DNA from: an uncultured Gammaproteobacteria bacterium
Lineage (GTDB): Bacteria > Pseudomonadota > Gammaproteobacteria > Thiotrichales > Thiotrichaceae
Reading direction: 5' to 3'
Length of the DNA: 64,000 nucleotides
NCBI GenBank assembly: GCA_963760355.1
Contig: CAVXCT010000034.1
Span: forward strand, 1,311 to 65,310
Of the stretch, positions 40,369 through 52,576 are shown one piece after another. Numbering within the stretch: the first letter of the stretch is position 1; every line of letters starts with the position of its first letter. The notes below the pieces were generated by a model. The model saw only the letters and a list, made by a program, of their open reading frames with translations, was not told where the DNA came from and did not search any database. The translations under genes were made by a program, and so were the position numbers.

Positions 40369-41397
40369 CTAAGGCAAAAGGGCTGGTTTGTTTATAGCGG
40401 TATTTTCTTCTAGTCCAAGCATCAGATTCATATTTTGTACTGCTTGACCCGCCGCGCCTTTTACCAGATTATCAATCACAGATAATACAATCACACGAGA
40501 ACTATCAGGAATTCTATGTATAGCTATTTGGCACATATTAGAAGCTTTAACGCTTCTTGTTTCAGGATGGGAACCGCTTGGTAGCACATCTACAAAAAGC
40601 TCGTTTTTATAGCGATCTTCGTAAAGTGTTTGAAAATCCAAAGTGCTATTAGAATTAGCGTAGATAGTTGCATGTATGCCTCTGATTATAGGTAACAAAT
40701 GAGGCACAAAGGTTAAATCTACTTTAGCATCTGCAATCAGAGAAAAAATCTGGGAAATTTCAGGCATATGCCGGTGACCACCAACCCCATAGGCTTTGAA
40801 ACTTTCACCCATTTCGCTAAATAGTGTTGCTATATTAGCTTGTCTACCTGCTCCACTAACGCCTGATTTTGTATCAGCGATGATATTGTCTAGATCTATC
40901 AAACCAGATTCTAGTAATGGCAACAACCCCAAAATGACTGAGGTTGGATAACAGCCCGGATTAGCCACAAGCTTCGCAGATTTGATTTGCGCTCTATTGA
41001 TCTCGGGTAAACCATAGACAGCCTGTTCTACTAATTCGGGGCATACATGGGTCATCCCATACCATTTACTCCAGACATCAAGGTCTTTGATTCTAAAATC
41101 TGCGGCGAGATCGATAACCTTGACTCCTGCTTTTACTAACTCAGCAGTATGTTTCATGGCAACACCATTAGGCGTTGCAAAAAATACTAAATCGCATTTA
41201 GCTAAAGCCCCAGTTGTTGGATCACTAAATTCTAAATCAATAAAACCACGTAAATTAGGAAACATAGAATCAACTCGTGTACCTGCATTGGAGCGCGATG
41301 TAACATATGTAATTTCAACCTCTGGATGGGTTGCAAGGATTCTGAGTAATTCAACGCCGGTATAACCTGTGGCACCAACAATTCCTATCTTTTTCAC
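40369..41397 (-). CDS. argC: N-acetyl-gamma-glutamyl-phosphate reductase
   Basis: [44 protein letters not shown]; GTG start at 41397 with aagg upstream. Confidence 0.95.
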   Translation of the reverse strand: MKKIGIVGATGYTGVELLRILATHPEVEITYVTSRSNAGTRVDSMFPNLRGFIDLEFSDPTTGALAKCDLVFFATPNGVAMKHTAELVKAGVKVIDLAADFRIKDLDVWSKWYGMTHVCPELVEQAVYGLPEINRAQIKSAKLVANPGCYPTSVILGLLPLLESGLIDLDNIIADTKSGVSGAGRQANIATLFSEMGESFKAYGVGGHRHMPEISQIFSLIADAKVDLTFVPHLLPIIRGIHATIYANSNSTLDFQTLYEDRYKNELFVDVLPSGSHPETRSVKASNMCQIAIHRIPDSSRVIVLSVIDNLVKGAAGQAVQNMNLMLGLEENTAINKPALLP

Positions 41398-41625
41398 TGT
41401 AGCCTTAACCTGTTTATGTTTGAATTGATTAATCATACCGTGATTTATGTATGATATACATACTTGAAAATCATACAAATGACACCATTTTATTAACGCG
41501 GGACGTATAAAATATAAGACAGTTTGCGAAACCTGCACCCCTTTAATTGCAGTCGTTGCGTGTGAATAGTTTTTTTCAACGTCGAATGCTATAGTTATTT
41601 CATATTAATTTGAATTATTTCAACT

Positions 41626-43830
41626 TTGCAGATACCAAACATAATGAACAATACGAAAATGAAACTTAAATTCCCATTTTTGAATACTTTTTTAAAGTAC
41701 TCATTGTTCACAGTCATGCTTTCAATAACTTCTGGTTGTTTAGGAACACCACCTGCCGGGACTTCTTTAATTGAGTCTGCAAATGCTGCTGAAAAAACAG
41801 AAACAAGCCTTGAGCAACTAACGCCAAGACATACGTTTGAATACAAAATTATCAATAGTATGTTGAAGCGCTATCATTATAAGAAGTTTGAGCTAAATGA
41901 TGCTTTTTCTGGAGAGATACTCGATCAATATATAAAACAACTTGATCCAAGCCGTATTTATTTCACCCAGGCGGATATTGATCAATTTAACCAACACCGT
42001 GATAAATTTGATGATTATATTAATGCGGGTGAAACCGAAGTAGCGGTAAATATTTTCAAGAAATATCAGCAACGTGTCAATGAACGCTCTAAATATGCGA
42101 TCAAGCGTCTCAATCAAAAAATCGATTTCAATAAAGACGAAGACTACAATCTAGATCGTGAAAAAGCGAGATGGGAAGTTAATGAAACAGCTTTGAATAT
42201 GCTTTGGGACAAGCGTATAAAAAATGAATACATCAATCAAATACTCTCTGATGAGAAGCCTGCAAAAGTCATAGACAAACTGAATAAGCGTTATGCCAGT
42301 ATGACTAAGAGAACCAACCAGATAAAAAGCAATGAATTATTTCAGACTATTGTAAATGCTTATGCAGGTGCAATAGAACCACATACATCTTATCTATCAC
42401 CTCGTTCGTCTGAGCAATTTGATATAAATATGAGTCTATCCCTTAGTGGTATAGGTGCAGTCCTTAGAACAGATGAAGAACATACTAAAATTATTAGTGT
42501 CGTTCCAGGTGGGCCAGCTGATCTAACAGGCAAAATATCAGCAGGAGATAGAATTATTGGTGTTGGTCAAAAAACTGAAAAAAGTATTAAAGATATCGTT
42601 GGTTGGCGCTTAAGCGATGTAGTTAATATTATTCGTGGTAAAAAAGGCAGCACAGTCGTTTTGTCAGTATTGCCTAACGAAACTGGTTTAAGTGGTAATG
42701 CTAAGACAGTTAAAATTGTGAGGGATAAAATTAAACTTGAACATCAGGCAGCAAGTAAAAGAATCATTGAAATAGAAAGGCCAGAAGGGAAAGTAAAGGT
42801 TGGTGTTATTGATCTACCTTCTTTTTATATTGATTTTAAAGCCCGTAATCGCGGTGATGCTGAATACGCAGGAACCACCCGTGATGTTAAAAAACTGCTA
42901 ATTGAATTAAACAAAGAAGGAATCGATGATTTGATTATTGATCTGCGTGGTAACGGTGGTGGATCATTAAGTGAGGTTGTTTCATTGACTGGTTTATTTA
43001 TCGATCAAGGCCCTGTAGTGCAAATCAATGACACCACAGGAAGAACTGATATATTGCGCGATAATGATTCTGAAGTTGCCTACAGCGGCCCGATGGCCGT
43101 ATTAATCGATAAAGGTAGCGCTTCAGCGTCTGAAATATTTGCAGGAGCAATACAGGATTATAAACGTGGTGTGATTATAGGTGAAACCACATTTGGTAAA
43201 GGTACGGTTCAAACTGTGTTACCACTTGAGTCTTACACCCGTAAAACCTTTGATAAACCTTTAGGTCAGATCAAAATTACTAGCGCTCAGTTCTTCCGTA
43301 TAAATGGTGAAAGCACACAACACAAAGGTGTGGTGCCTGATTTATCGTGGGATTTACCACAAGTAGAAGGTGATTTAGGAGAGCGCGCATTTAAGAATGC
43401 TCTTCCTTGGAGACGCATTGAAATGGCTAAGCATAAAGACTATCAAAAAGCATTTGGCGTTACAGCTCTTCAACAAGCGAGAGCAAAGTCAGCAGAACGT
43501 ATTACCAATGATCCTAAATTCAAAACAACGGTTGCTAGAGTAAAACTGTTAGTGGATGCCGGCAATGAAAAGGTCGTTTCTCTTAATTTGAACAAACGAA
43601 AAGCCAAGCGAGCTGATTTTAATAAGCAATTATTAGCTCTTGAAAATAACCTGCAAAAGGCAAATGGTTTGCCAGCGTACAAAACCATTAAAGAATTACG
43701 TGATGCACAAGAAAAGAAAAACGATGATATCTTTACAAAAAAGCCTGTTGATGTTTTCCTGAATGAAGCAGCGCATATATTGACTGATTTACAAAAATAT
43801 AATGTTATGGCTGCAGACGCTAATAAATAA
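41626..43830 (+). CDS. prc: Carboxy-terminal processing (tail-specific) protease
   Basis: PHTSYLSP, PDZ domain, IIDLRGNGGG, SASASEIFAGAIQD, GKGTVQ; exact start uncertain. Confidence 0.93.
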   Translation: MQIPNIMNNTKMKLKFPFLNTFLKYSLFTVMLSITSGCLGTPPAGTSLIESANAAEKTETSLEQLTPRHTFEYKIINSMLKRYHYKKFELNDAFSGEILDQYIKQLDPSRIYFTQADIDQFNQHRDKFDDYINAGETEVAVNIFKKYQQRVNERSKYAIKRLNQKIDFNKDEDYNLDREKARWEVNETALNMLWDKRIKNEYINQILSDEKPAKVIDKLNKRYASMTKRTNQIKSNELFQTIVNAYAGAIEPHTSYLSPRSSEQFDINMSLSLSGIGAVLRTDEEHTKIISVVPGGPADLTGKISAGDRIIGVGQKTEKSIKDIVGWRLSDVVNIIRGKKGSTVVLSVLPNETGLSGNAKTVKIVRDKIKLEHQAASKRIIEIERPEGKVKVGVIDLPSFYIDFKARNRGDAEYAGTTRDVKKLLIELNKEGIDDLIIDLRGNGGGSLSEVVSLTGLFIDQGPVVQINDTTGRTDILRDNDSEVAYSGPMAVLIDKGSASASEIFAGAIQDYKRGVIIGETTFGKGTVQTVLPLESYTRKTFDKPLGQIKITSAQFFRINGESTQHKGVVPDLSWDLPQVEGDLGERAFKNALPWRRIEMAKHKDYQKAFGVTALQQARAKSAERITNDPKFKTTVARVKLLVDAGNEKVVSLNLNKRKAKRADFNKQLLALENNLQKANGLPAYKTIKELRDAQEKKNDDIFTKKPVDVFLNEAAHILTDLQKYNVMAADANK

Positions 43831-43835
43831 ATGCA

Positions 43836-43981
43836 TATAAGTAGGGGTGGCAATAAATTTATATTGGCATTTTATTTAGCTCGATCATTGTACATCGACG
43901 GTTCCTAACGGAATCTACTATGTACTTTTCTGGCTCTTGGTGAGCCTAGAAAAGCCACCCCCCTACTTTTAGCCTGTTTTT
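43836..43981. repeat. REPIN-like doublet with module B
   Basis: GTAG at 43841 and CTAC at 43963 on inverted arms; two internal hairpins (43890-43925, 43925-43954); between convergent prc and dgkA. Confidence 0.88.
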
Positions 43982-44014
43982 ATTTTATCAAACATTAATT
44001 TTGCTGAAACTAGG

Positions 44015-44377
44015 TTACAGCCAGAGTACAAATAACCAAACAATTGCTGTATTCATCATTGCCACAAATACCGCCGCAGAACCCATATCTTTGGCTCTGC
44101 CTGATAATTCATGGTGTTCTCCGCCGAAACGATCCACAACCGCTTCAACTGCGGAATTTAATAATTCAACAATCAATAATAACAGTATGCTACCAATCAA
44201 TAGCGCTTTTTCGATGCCGGAATCTCCAAGCCAAAAGGCTATAGGCGTGGATATTGCCAATAACCAGACTTCCTGGCGAAAAGCTTCTTCGTGTTTATAG
44301 GCAGCTTTTAAGCCTAACCAGGTAAAGCCTAAGGCTTTTATCCAGCGTGTTACACCCGTATTACCACTGCCAGCCAT
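44015..44377 (-). CDS. dgkA: Diacylglycerol kinase
   Basis: EEAFRQE, VELLNSAVEAVVDR, GRAKDMGSAAV. Confidence 0.95.
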   Translation of the reverse strand: MAGSGNTGVTRWIKALGFTWLGLKAAYKHEEAFRQEVWLLAISTPIAFWLGDSGIEKALLIGSILLLLIVELLNSAVEAVVDRFGGEHHELSGRAKDMGSAAVFVAMMNTAIVWLFVLWL

Positions 44378-44417
44378 AGTGGCTCCTTCAATTATATAAT
44401 TTATAGGTATTTATTGT

Positions 44418-47306
44418 TTATCTATAGCTTTCAATAGAAGGACAAGAGCATACCAAATTACGGTCGCCGTACACATTATCTATACGATTAACTGTAGGCC
44501 AATACTTACTGGTTGCAATGACACCCTTAGGCATAACTGCTGTTTCCTGTGAATACGGCCGATCCCAGTTTTCAGAAATATCAAATATAGTGTGAGGTGC
44601 ATTAACCAAAGGATTATTGTCCACAGACCAAATACCTGTTTGAACATTATTGATCTCTTCTCTGATCGCTATCATTGCTTCACAGAAGCGATCTAACTCA
44701 TATTTAGATTCTGATTCTGTTGGCTCGATCATTAGTGTGCCAGCGACAGGAAATGACATTGTGGGCGCATGGAAGCCATAGTCCATCAATCGTTTGGCGA
44801 TATCTTCCTCAGTAATTCCGGAGTCATGTTTTATTGGGCGAATATCGATGATACATTCGTGAGCCACCCGACCATTCTTGCCTCTATATAAAACTGGATA
44901 ATGAGGTGCCAATCGCTCGGTGATGTAATTAGCGTTGAGGATCGCCATTTTACTTACTTCTGCATTACCCTTAGCACCAAGCAGCTTCATATACATCCAT
45001 GAAATAGTCAGGATAGAAGCACTACCGAAAGGAGCCGCTGATACGGCATGAGTTTTATTATCAGTGTTTTTAATGTGGCCTGGTAAAAATGGTACCAAAT
45101 GGCTACGAACACCTATTGGACCTACTCCAGGTCCGCCACCACCGTGAGGTATAGCAAAGGTTTTATGTAGATTAAGATGTGAAACATCAGAACCAAATAA
45201 CCCAGGCTTACACAGGCCTTTCTGAGCATTTAAGTTGGCACCATCAAGATAAACTTGACCACCACAATTGTGGATGATCTCGCACATTTCAACGATTCCT
45301 TCCTCAAACACACCGTGAGTAGATGGGTAGGTAACCATGATGCAAGCTAGGTCATCTTTGTGAGCTTCTGCCTTTTCACGTAAGTCTTTTAAATCAACAT
45401 TACCGTTTTCATCACAATCCACTAAGACAATTTTCATTCTTGCCATGGCTGCTGATGCTGGATTGGTGCCATGAGCAGATGTAGGGGTTAAACAAATATT
45501 ACGATGCCCCTGCCCTATGCTTTTATTGTAACGGTTAATAGCAACAAGACCCGCGTATTCACCTTGGGCACCTGAATTCGGTTGCATAGAAACTGCTGCA
45601 TAGCCTGTTACTTCAGATAACCACTCTTCCAATTGATCGATCATTTCATAATAGCCGTCGGTTTGATCACGTGGAGCAAAAGGGTGAATATTCGAAAATT
45701 CTGACCAGCTAAGAGGCATCAATTCACTCGCTGCATTTAACTTCATCGTGCAAGACCCTAAAGGAATCATTGCATGAACTAGAGATAAATCTTTGTTTTC
45801 AAGACGTTTTAAGTAACGCATCATTTCAGTTTCTGTTTGATGCTGCTTGAAAACTTCATGAGTGAGGTATGTAGTTTCACGTTGATAGGCTTCTGGAATA
45901 CCTGATTCACAATTACCATTGATGATTTGCTCATCAAGCTGACTAACTGTTAGACCATGGCCATTGCCAAAGAAGATATCAAATAAATCTTGAAGATCAT
46001 TAGCGGTTTTGGTTTCATCAAAACTCACACCGAGTTTATCTGAATCAACTAAGCGTAAATTAATACCTTTACTTAAAGCTGCATCATAAAAATCCTGTTG
46101 ATGGTCTCCAACATAAATAGTTAATGTGTCAAACCAAGATGTATTTACAATATATTCTGCTTTAGACAGGTCACTTTGACGGACAGCTGCAGCAAAAATA
46201 CTGGTTAAACGATTGATTCTTGATGCAATTCGCTTGAGTCCTTCAGCGCCATGATATACCGCATAAAAACCAGCCATATTAGCCAACAACGCCTGTGCAG
46301 TACAAATATTGGATGTTGCTTTGTCACGGCGAATATGTTGTTCACGAGTCTGCATAGCCATACGCAGACCTTGATTGCCACGAGAGTCAACGGATACACC
46401 TATGACACGTCCAGGAACAGAACGTTTTAGTTTGTCTCGTACAGCGAAAAAAGCAGCATGAGGTCCACCAAAGCCCATTGGAACTCCGAATCTTTGAGAG
46501 CTTCCAAAAACAATATCTGCACCCATTTCACCCGGTGCCTTTAATAACACTAAAGACATTAAGTCAGCTGCTACACAGACTAATGCTTTTTGATCATGTG
46601 CCTGAGTGATTATGGATTCGATATCAGTGACAGATCCAGTTGTTCCAGTGTATTGAAGCAGAACACCAAATACTTCGTGATTTTCTAATTCATCTTGAGG
46701 GTTACCAATGATTAATTCAAAACCAAAATATTGGGCACGTGTCTTCAATACTTCTAGAGTTTGAGGAAAGACTTCTTCATCCACAAAGAATTTATCTGTT
46801 TTTAGACGATTAGATCGTTTACATAAAGCCATGGCTTCAGCTGCTGCTGTCGCTTCATCGAGTAATGAAGCGTTTGCCATATCCATGCTAGTTAAATCCA
46901 TGACCATTTGCTGAAAGTTGAGTAAACCTTCCAAACGGCCTTGTGATATTTCAGCCTGGTAAGGTGTATATGCTGTATACCATCCTGGGTTTTCTAATAC
47001 ATTACGCTGAATTACGGGTGGTACGATGGTGTCGTAGTACCCCATTCCAATAAATGATTTATTTACACTGTTTTTATTAGCTATACCACGCAGAGTGTCT
47101 AAAGCTTCTCTTTCAGAGCAACTATCGTCAAGTTTAAGTGGCTCTCTGATTCGGATACTTTCAGGTACCGTTTTATCAGCTAATTCATCAAGAGATGAAA
47201 CCCCAATTACTTCTAACATTTCTGAAATGTCTACTGTTTGAGGTCCTATATGACGAGAGATGAACTCATCATGCTGATCTAAATTATCTAGTGGTAAGTT
47301 TTTCAT
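44418..47306 (-). CDS. gcvP: Glycine dehydrogenase (P protein)
   Basis: [42 protein letters not shown]. Confidence 0.97.
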   Translation of the reverse strand: MKNLPLDNLDQHDEFISRHIGPQTVDISEMLEVIGVSSLDELADKTVPESIRIREPLKLDDSCSEREALDTLRGIANKNSVNKSFIGMGYYDTIVPPVIQRNVLENPGWYTAYTPYQAEISQGRLEGLLNFQQMVMDLTSMDMANASLLDEATAAAEAMALCKRSNRLKTDKFFVDEEVFPQTLEVLKTRAQYFGFELIIGNPQDELENHEVFGVLLQYTGTTGSVTDIESIITQAHDQKALVCVAADLMSLVLLKAPGEMGADIVFGSSQRFGVPMGFGGPHAAFFAVRDKLKRSVPGRVIGVSVDSRGNQGLRMAMQTREQHIRRDKATSNICTAQALLANMAGFYAVYHGAEGLKRIASRINRLTSIFAAAVRQSDLSKAEYIVNTSWFDTLTIYVGDHQQDFYDAALSKGINLRLVDSDKLGVSFDETKTANDLQDLFDIFFGNGHGLTVSQLDEQIINGNCESGIPEAYQRETTYLTHEVFKQHQTETEMMRYLKRLENKDLSLVHAMIPLGSCTMKLNAASELMPLSWSEFSNIHPFAPRDQTDGYYEMIDQLEEWLSEVTGYAAVSMQPNSGAQGEYAGLVAINRYNKSIGQGHRNICLTPTSAHGTNPASAAMARMKIVLVDCDENGNVDLKDLREKAEAHKDDLACIMVTYPSTHGVFEEGIVEMCEIIHNCGGQVYLDGANLNAQKGLCKPGLFGSDVSHLNLHKTFAIPHGGGGPGVGPIGVRSHLVPFLPGHIKNTDNKTHAVSAAPFGSASILTISWMYMKLLGAKGNAEVSKMAILNANYITERLAPHYPVLYRGKNGRVAHECIIDIRPIKHDSGITEEDIAKRLMDYGFHAPTMSFPVAGTLMIEPTESESKYELDRFCEAMIAIREEINNVQTGIWSVDNNPLVNAPHTIFDISENWDRPYSQETAVMPKGVIATSKYWPTVNRIDNVYGDRNLVCSCPSIESYR

Positions 47307-47356
47307 AGTTATTGGCAGCTTAGTATTTTAGTAAAAATGGTACTTATGGAATAGTG

Positions 47357-47746
47357 TTATTCTTGACACTCAGCTTCATAGTCATCAGCACTTAAGAGGT
47401 TATCTAAATCAGCCATGTCGTTTAGTTTCATACTGAAGATCCACCCTTCTCCAAATGGAGCTGAGTTTATAAGTTCAGGTTCAGCATCAAGCTCTTCATT
47501 CACTTCAGTCACTTCACCAGCTAGAGGTGCATACATATCAGAAGCTGCTTTAACAGATTCAATAACACCGCAGTTTTCTTCTTCAGTAAGTGTTGTTTCT
47601 ACTTCAGGTAATTCAACAAAAACGACATCACCTAATAACTCTTGTGCATGCTCTGTAATACCAATAGTTACTGTTCCATCTCCATTATCTCTAACCCACT
47701 CATGAGTTTTTGTGTATTTAAATTCGCTAGGGTTTTCATTGCTCAT
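47357..47746 (-). CDS. gcvH: Glycine cleavage H protein
   Basis: [24 protein letters not shown] lipoyl motif. Confidence 0.97.
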   Translation of the reverse strand: MSNENPSEFKYTKTHEWVRDNGDGTVTIGITEHAQELLGDVVFVELPEVETTLTEEENCGVIESVKAASDMYAPLAGEVTEVNEELDAEPELINSAPFGEGWIFSMKLNDMADLDNLLSADDYEAECQE

Positions 47747-47819
47747 GTTTTTCTCCAGTATTATTAAAATGATGGTGTATAAATAAAATGTTTAAATTCG
47801 TGTTTATCTGAATAACTAT

Positions 47820-48926
47820 CTAAACGAGTGCTTTACCATTTCTTACGAAAGGTGGTTTAACAATTCGAGCAGATAAAAGTTTTCCTCTAATATCTACCTG
47901 GCATGTATCTGTTGCTTCTTTAGGGATTCGTGCAAAAGCAATTGCTTTACCTAAGGTAGGTGAGAATGATCCGCTAGTAATCTCACCGTCACCAAATTCC
48001 GTAGTTACTTTTTGATGTCCGCGCAATACGCCTTTATCTTCAAGAACTAAGCCGACAAGTTTTACTTTTGAACCGTTTTCTTTTTCTTGCTGTAATGCTG
48101 CTCTGCCAATAAAATCTCTATTTTCTGGCTCCCAGGCTATTGTCCATCCCATTGCCGCAGCTAAAGGTGAAATACTTTCATCCATATCGGTTCCATATAG
48201 ATTCATACCGGCTTCTAGGCGAAGCGTGTCACGTGCACCTAGCCCTATTGGTTCAACACCTTTTTCTAATAACTTGTTCCATAAATCTACAGCAGATTCA
48301 TTAGGTACCATAATTTCATAGCCATCTTCTCCGGTATAACCAGTGCGCGCATAAAAGCTATCACCTAGTTGAACACCAAAAAAGGGCTTTAAAGCAGATA
48401 CTTGCTGTGCTTGTTCTTCAGATAAGGTTGAATTGGCTTTTTCTCTAGCGTTAGGTCCCTGTACTGCGATCATCGCTAAATCATCACGTTCTGTAAGAGT
48501 TAGATCAAAATCTTTTGCTTGTTGCTTAATCCATTTTAGATCATTCTCGCGTGTAGCTGCATTAACAACCATGCGGTAAAAATCATCAGCAAGGTAATAA
48601 ACAATTAAATCATCAATGACACCAGCTTTTTCGTTCAGCATTGCACTATAAAGAGCTTTCCCAGGATCTTTTAGTTTAGCTACATCGTTAGCTAATAGGT
48701 ATTGGAGGAACGATTTAACACCATCGCCTTTAATGTCTAAAACTACCATGTGAGAAACATCAAACATGCCTGCATCTTCTCTTACTTGCTTATGTTCTTT
48801 TACTTGGGAGCCATAATTAATGGGCATATCCCATCCTGCAAAATCAACCATTTTACCGCTAGCTTTGAGATGCTGTTCATATAGAGGTGTTTGTTTAGCT
48901 ACATTATTCTGGGGTGACTCGGACAT
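47820..48926 (-). CDS. gcvT: Aminomethyltransferase (T protein)
   Basis: [35 protein letters not shown]. Confidence 0.97.
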   Translation of the reverse strand: MSESPQNNVAKQTPLYEQHLKASGKMVDFAGWDMPINYGSQVKEHKQVREDAGMFDVSHMVVLDIKGDGVKSFLQYLLANDVAKLKDPGKALYSAMLNEKAGVIDDLIVYYLADDFYRMVVNAATRENDLKWIKQQAKDFDLTLTERDDLAMIAVQGPNAREKANSTLSEEQAQQVSALKPFFGVQLGDSFYARTGYTGEDGYEIMVPNESAVDLWNKLLEKGVEPIGLGARDTLRLEAGMNLYGTDMDESISPLAAAMGWTIAWEPENRDFIGRAALQQEKENGSKVKLVGLVLEDKGVLRGHQKVTTEFGDGEITSGSFSPTLGKAIAFARIPKEATDTCQVDIRGKLLSARIVKPPFVRNGKALV

Positions 48927-48959
48927 ATATATTTCCTTTAAAAACTAAAAATTTTAAAC

Positions 48960-49212
48960 AAAAAAAAGGGGCGGCAGATTCTATGATCTGCCGCCCCCTC
49001 TGTCCTTGTACCTGAGAGAGTCCCTAAATCTACTAATAAATCTGTAATTTAGGTTAAACCCTTCGGTGGAAACTTTGTTTCACTCTCCAGAGTCAGTGTT
49101 TTTTTCTGCAGTCCTTTTACCTGAGCGTTTCCGAGCGGATTTGCGCCTTCGGTGTTCGACATCTTTAAAGTTAACCCTTAGCTAACTTAATGTTTGCCGA
49201 ATCTCTCCTGCA
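48960..49212 (-). promoter_or_regulatory. Tandem glycine riboswitch with terminator expression platform
   Basis: Aptamer 1 ggagag...caccgaaggcgcaa...ctcaggt; aptamer 2 ctctggagag...caccgaagg...ctctcaggt...acagag; then ggggcggcagat/atctgccgcccc plus T-run upstream of gcvT. Confidence 0.95.
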
Positions 49213-49282
49213 TAAAATTTAACTGAATTTTGAACTATACCTCAGCTTGAGTTAATGAGAAAGTAATTTAATAGATAACAAA

Positions 49283-50023
49283 TTACTTTTTATCAGCTTC
49301 CAGTGCAGCAGCTAATCTATCCGCTGGCATATAACCTGGAATTATACGTCCAGTTTTTGTGACTAAAGCAGGTGTTCCTGTTACGCCCAATTCCTGTCCT
49401 AATGTATATTGAGCTTTGATAGGATTATCACAAGTCTTGTCCGCAATAGGCCTTCGTTCTTTTGCATCAGTCATTGCTTGTAACTGGTCATCTGCACACC
49501 ACATGCTTACAGCTTTTTTATAAGAGCCAGAACCTATTCCTGCTCTTGGGAACATAAGGTATTCAACAGTGATACCTTTAGCATTTAATTCAGGAACTTC
49601 TCTATGTAATTTTGCACAGTAAGGGCAATCAATATCTGTAAATACTTTGACTACGTGTTTTTCATCTTTAGCCTTGAAAGTAACAGGCTTATTATCTTGT
49701 CTATCTATTATTGCTTTTCTAACAGTTCGCTTGGCAACTTCAGATAAATTTTCCCTAGTATCCAGGTTGATCATATCTCCAGCTAAAAAGTATTTTCCAT
49801 CCTGAGATACATAAATAACTTCAGTACCATACATAACTTCGTACACGTCCGTGAGTTTGCTTTCTTTGATTGAAGATGGCTCTATTCTAAACCTGGTTTT
49901 AAGCTTTTGTTTTAAACTGGTGATAGTTTTTGCTGTATCTTTACTTTCAACTTTAGCAAACCCAGGTGTCATCGTTAAAGCCAGTATGAATAGCGATGTT
50001 CCCAATATTATTTTATTAATCAT
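49283..50023 (-). CDS. dsbC: Disulfide isomerase DsbC
   Basis: FTDIDCPYCAKLH, FPRAG, VTGTP; xerD-dsbC synteny. Confidence 0.93.
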   Translation of the reverse strand: MINKIILGTSLFILALTMTPGFAKVESKDTAKTITSLKQKLKTRFRIEPSSIKESKLTDVYEVMYGTEVIYVSQDGKYFLAGDMINLDTRENLSEVAKRTVRKAIIDRQDNKPVTFKAKDEKHVVKVFTDIDCPYCAKLHREVPELNAKGITVEYLMFPRAGIGSGSYKKAVSMWCADDQLQAMTDAKERRPIADKTCDNPIKAQYTLGQELGVTGTPALVTKTGRIIPGYMPADRLAAALEADKK

Positions 50024-50182
50024 TTTTATCCCTTAAATTTATTAATTTTCATACCCTATATAAGGTAGTTACTTATATTATCAATCGTGATTTTATAATA
50101 AAATAGGCCTTACGCACAAATTACAACTAATTAACATATTATTTGCTGAATTAGATGTATCTATTTTAAGTGATATTTCTAA

Positions 50183-51079
50183 CTATCCACGCGGATGATG
50201 TTTTTGATGAATCGTTTGTAATCGTGCTTTAGCTACATGAGTATATATCTGTGTAGTTGACAAATCACTATGACCCAACAATAACTGTACGACCCTCAAA
50301 TCTGCTCCATGGTTCAATAAATGTGTAGCAAATGCATGTCTTAATGTGTGAGGTGACAGTTTTTGTTTAATTCCAGACTGCTGTGCGTATCGTTTAATTA
50401 GATACCAGAATGCTTGTCGTGTCATACCAGAACCTCTTCGAGTAACAAAAAGTTGGTCACACACACCTTTTCCAGACATTAACTCTACTCTAGACTCTGC
50501 TAGATATTTTGTTAACCATATAACGGCCTCATCACCCATAGGCACAAGTCTTTCTTTATTACCTTTACCTATAACTCTTACAACCCCCTGCTGTAGGCTT
50601 AATTGATTATATCGTAACGAAACAAGTTCAGAGACACGTAACCCAGTAGCATAAATGAGTTCTAACATAGCTCTGTCTCGAAGACCTATCGGGTCATCAA
50701 TCAATGGAGCACTGAGTAGCATTTCAATTTCTGTTTCAGTCAAAGTACTAGGCAAGGGTTTACCCAACTTTGGTAACTCCATTAAAGCAGTTGGATCTAC
50801 TTCGATAACGCTTTCTCTTAGTTGATAACGATAAAAGCGTCTTAACGTAGAAATAACACGGGCTATACTAGTCGTTTTACTGCCTTTTTGTATACGTTCA
50901 GCAATATAATCTAATAAGAGAGAGTAGTTTACTGCTAATAAACTACTTTTTTTAGAAGCTAGCCAGATTGATAATGCTTTAAGATCTCGCCCATAAGCGG
51001 CTAAGGTATTATCACTTAATCCTCTTTCTGACCATAGGGCATCCAGAAAACTCTCAATTATATCGATATCACTAGACAT
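50183..51079 (-). CDS. xerD: Tyrosine recombinase XerD
   Basis: GLSDNTLAAY, RDRAMLELIYATGLRVSEL, SPHTLRHAFATHLLNHGADLR, STTQIYTH. Confidence 0.96.
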   Translation of the reverse strand: MSSDIDIIESFLDALWSERGLSDNTLAAYGRDLKALSIWLASKKSSLLAVNYSLLLDYIAERIQKGSKTTSIARVISTLRRFYRYQLRESVIEVDPTALMELPKLGKPLPSTLTETEIEMLLSAPLIDDPIGLRDRAMLELIYATGLRVSELVSLRYNQLSLQQGVVRVIGKGNKERLVPMGDEAVIWLTKYLAESRVELMSGKGVCDQLFVTRRGSGMTRQAFWYLIKRYAQQSGIKQKLSPHTLRHAFATHLLNHGADLRVVQLLLGHSDLSTTQIYTHVAKARLQTIHQKHHPRG

Positions 51080-51206
51080 TTTTAGATATCCATTTTTCGT
51101 AAATCATTTTTGTGAAATCTCTAGCAACTATCATAATTGATTGATATTAACTAATGGCAAAAGCAGTATAATACCTTCTTTATTACAACACTATGATGTT
51201 TTCAAC

Positions 51207-51977
51207 ATGAGTCCATTTCTTAAAACAGCCTTAGAAGCTGCACAATCAGCACAAGAAGTTATTAATAAATACTATGCTGGAGACTTTCAGATTGAAATCA
51301 AACCAGATGAAACCCCCGTTACTATTGCTGATGTAGAGACGGAAAAAACAATTAAAAAAATAATCCTTGATGCATTTCCTGATCATGGTTTTTTTGGGGA
51401 GGAAACAGGTAAAGTAAATGAAGATGCTGAATATAACTGGTTAATTGATCCTATTGATGGCACTAAAAGTTTCGTACGTCGCTACCCTTTCTTCTCAACT
51501 CAAATCGCTTTAATGAGAAATGGTGAATTAATACTTGGTGTCTCAAACAGCCCTGAATTTAAAGAGATGGCATACGCTGAGTTAGGAGAAGGCGCATTCT
51601 TGAATGGTAAAAGAATCAGCGTAAGCGATATTGACACAATTAAAGGTTCTACTCTATCCATGGGTAACATTGCATCTATTGCAAAAAGCGATCAATGGAA
51701 AAATGTTGGTAATTTGGTAGCAAATGTAAATCGTGTAAGAGGTTATGGAGATTTTTACCATTACCATTTATTAGCGAGCGGAAAAATTGACATCATTCTA
51801 GAATCTGACGTGAACATTCTAGATATAGCTGCACTTGCTGTCATTGTAAGAGAAGCTGGAGGTGTTTTTACTGATCTTTCTGGAAACGAGCTAAACCTTG
51901 ATACTAAATCGGTGCTGGCTTGTAGTAATAAGGTTGTTCATGCTCAGGTTTTAGCAGACATTTCCTATTCAGGATAA
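51207..51977 (+). CDS. Inositol monophosphatase family protein (possibly histidinol-phosphatase)
   Basis: VTIAD, GEE, WLIDPIDGTKSF, DIAAL..IVREAGG; start placed at MSPF. Confidence 0.88.
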   Translation: MSPFLKTALEAAQSAQEVINKYYAGDFQIEIKPDETPVTIADVETEKTIKKIILDAFPDHGFFGEETGKVNEDAEYNWLIDPIDGTKSFVRRYPFFSTQIALMRNGELILGVSNSPEFKEMAYAELGEGAFLNGKRISVSDIDTIKGSTLSMGNIASIAKSDQWKNVGNLVANVNRVRGYGDFYHYHLLASGKIDIILESDVNILDIAALAVIVREAGGVFTDLSGNELNLDTKSVLACSNKVVHAQVLADISYSG

Positions 51978-51978
51978 G

Positions 51979-52509
51979 TTATTGGGTTAATCTGTCAGAA
52001 GTACAAATTCCTATTAGTAATTGTTTTTCTATATTTGTATAACCAAAGTTTCTGTCTAATTGTTTCTGACAGACCTCACGGAGTTGTTCTTTCTTTTGTA
52101 AATAGCTCGAATCATGAAAAGCCTGATGTGTTTCTTGATAATTACTAACTATGCAGTTAACAACAGCCAAATTTAATTGATCACTATTCTGAATAGATTT
52201 ACTTAATAAAGACTGACAATTTTGAGCTACCTGGATTTTATTCATACTAGAGATCAAGTTATCTTGCTTTTTTACAGACAATATCTGTGGAATGTATTCA
52301 TCAGATGGAGCTAAAGTTAAATTATTAACAGTTGGAATATTATTTTTGTTATCCGTCTTGGGTGGGATTTCAAGAGAGCTGATATTATTGGATTTATCAA
52401 CTTTTAAGTAATCAATCCAGTGATACTTGATACCCAGATAAATTATCAATAATGCAAGAATCATTGATAATACTATTGTCCTGAATATTGGTTTGAGAGA
52501 TAACATCAT
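51979..52509 (-). CDS. Hypothetical membrane-anchored protein with two Cys-pair repeats
   Basis: 176-aa ORF, N-terminal TM, C-x20-C and C-x21-C; 67 bp downstream of the wzc-like gene. Confidence 0.65.
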   Translation of the reverse strand: MMLSLKPIFRTIVLSMILALLIIYLGIKYHWIDYLKVDKSNNISSLEIPPKTDNKNNIPTVNNLTLAPSDEYIPQILSVKKQDNLISSMNKIQVAQNCQSLLSKSIQNSDQLNLAVVNCIVSNYQETHQAFHDSSYLQKKEQLREVCQKQLDRNFGYTNIEKQLLIGICTSDRLTQ

Positions 52510-52576
52510 CTCGATTTTACCAATTATTCAATTAATGTATAGGCAGTAACCATATATTAATGCTATCGCTTAAATC

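Noticed and set aside
50183-51079. Tyrosine recombinase as a phage or island integrase
   Set aside because: Motifs and dsbC linkage identify housekeeping XerD; no att sites or mobile genes nearby.
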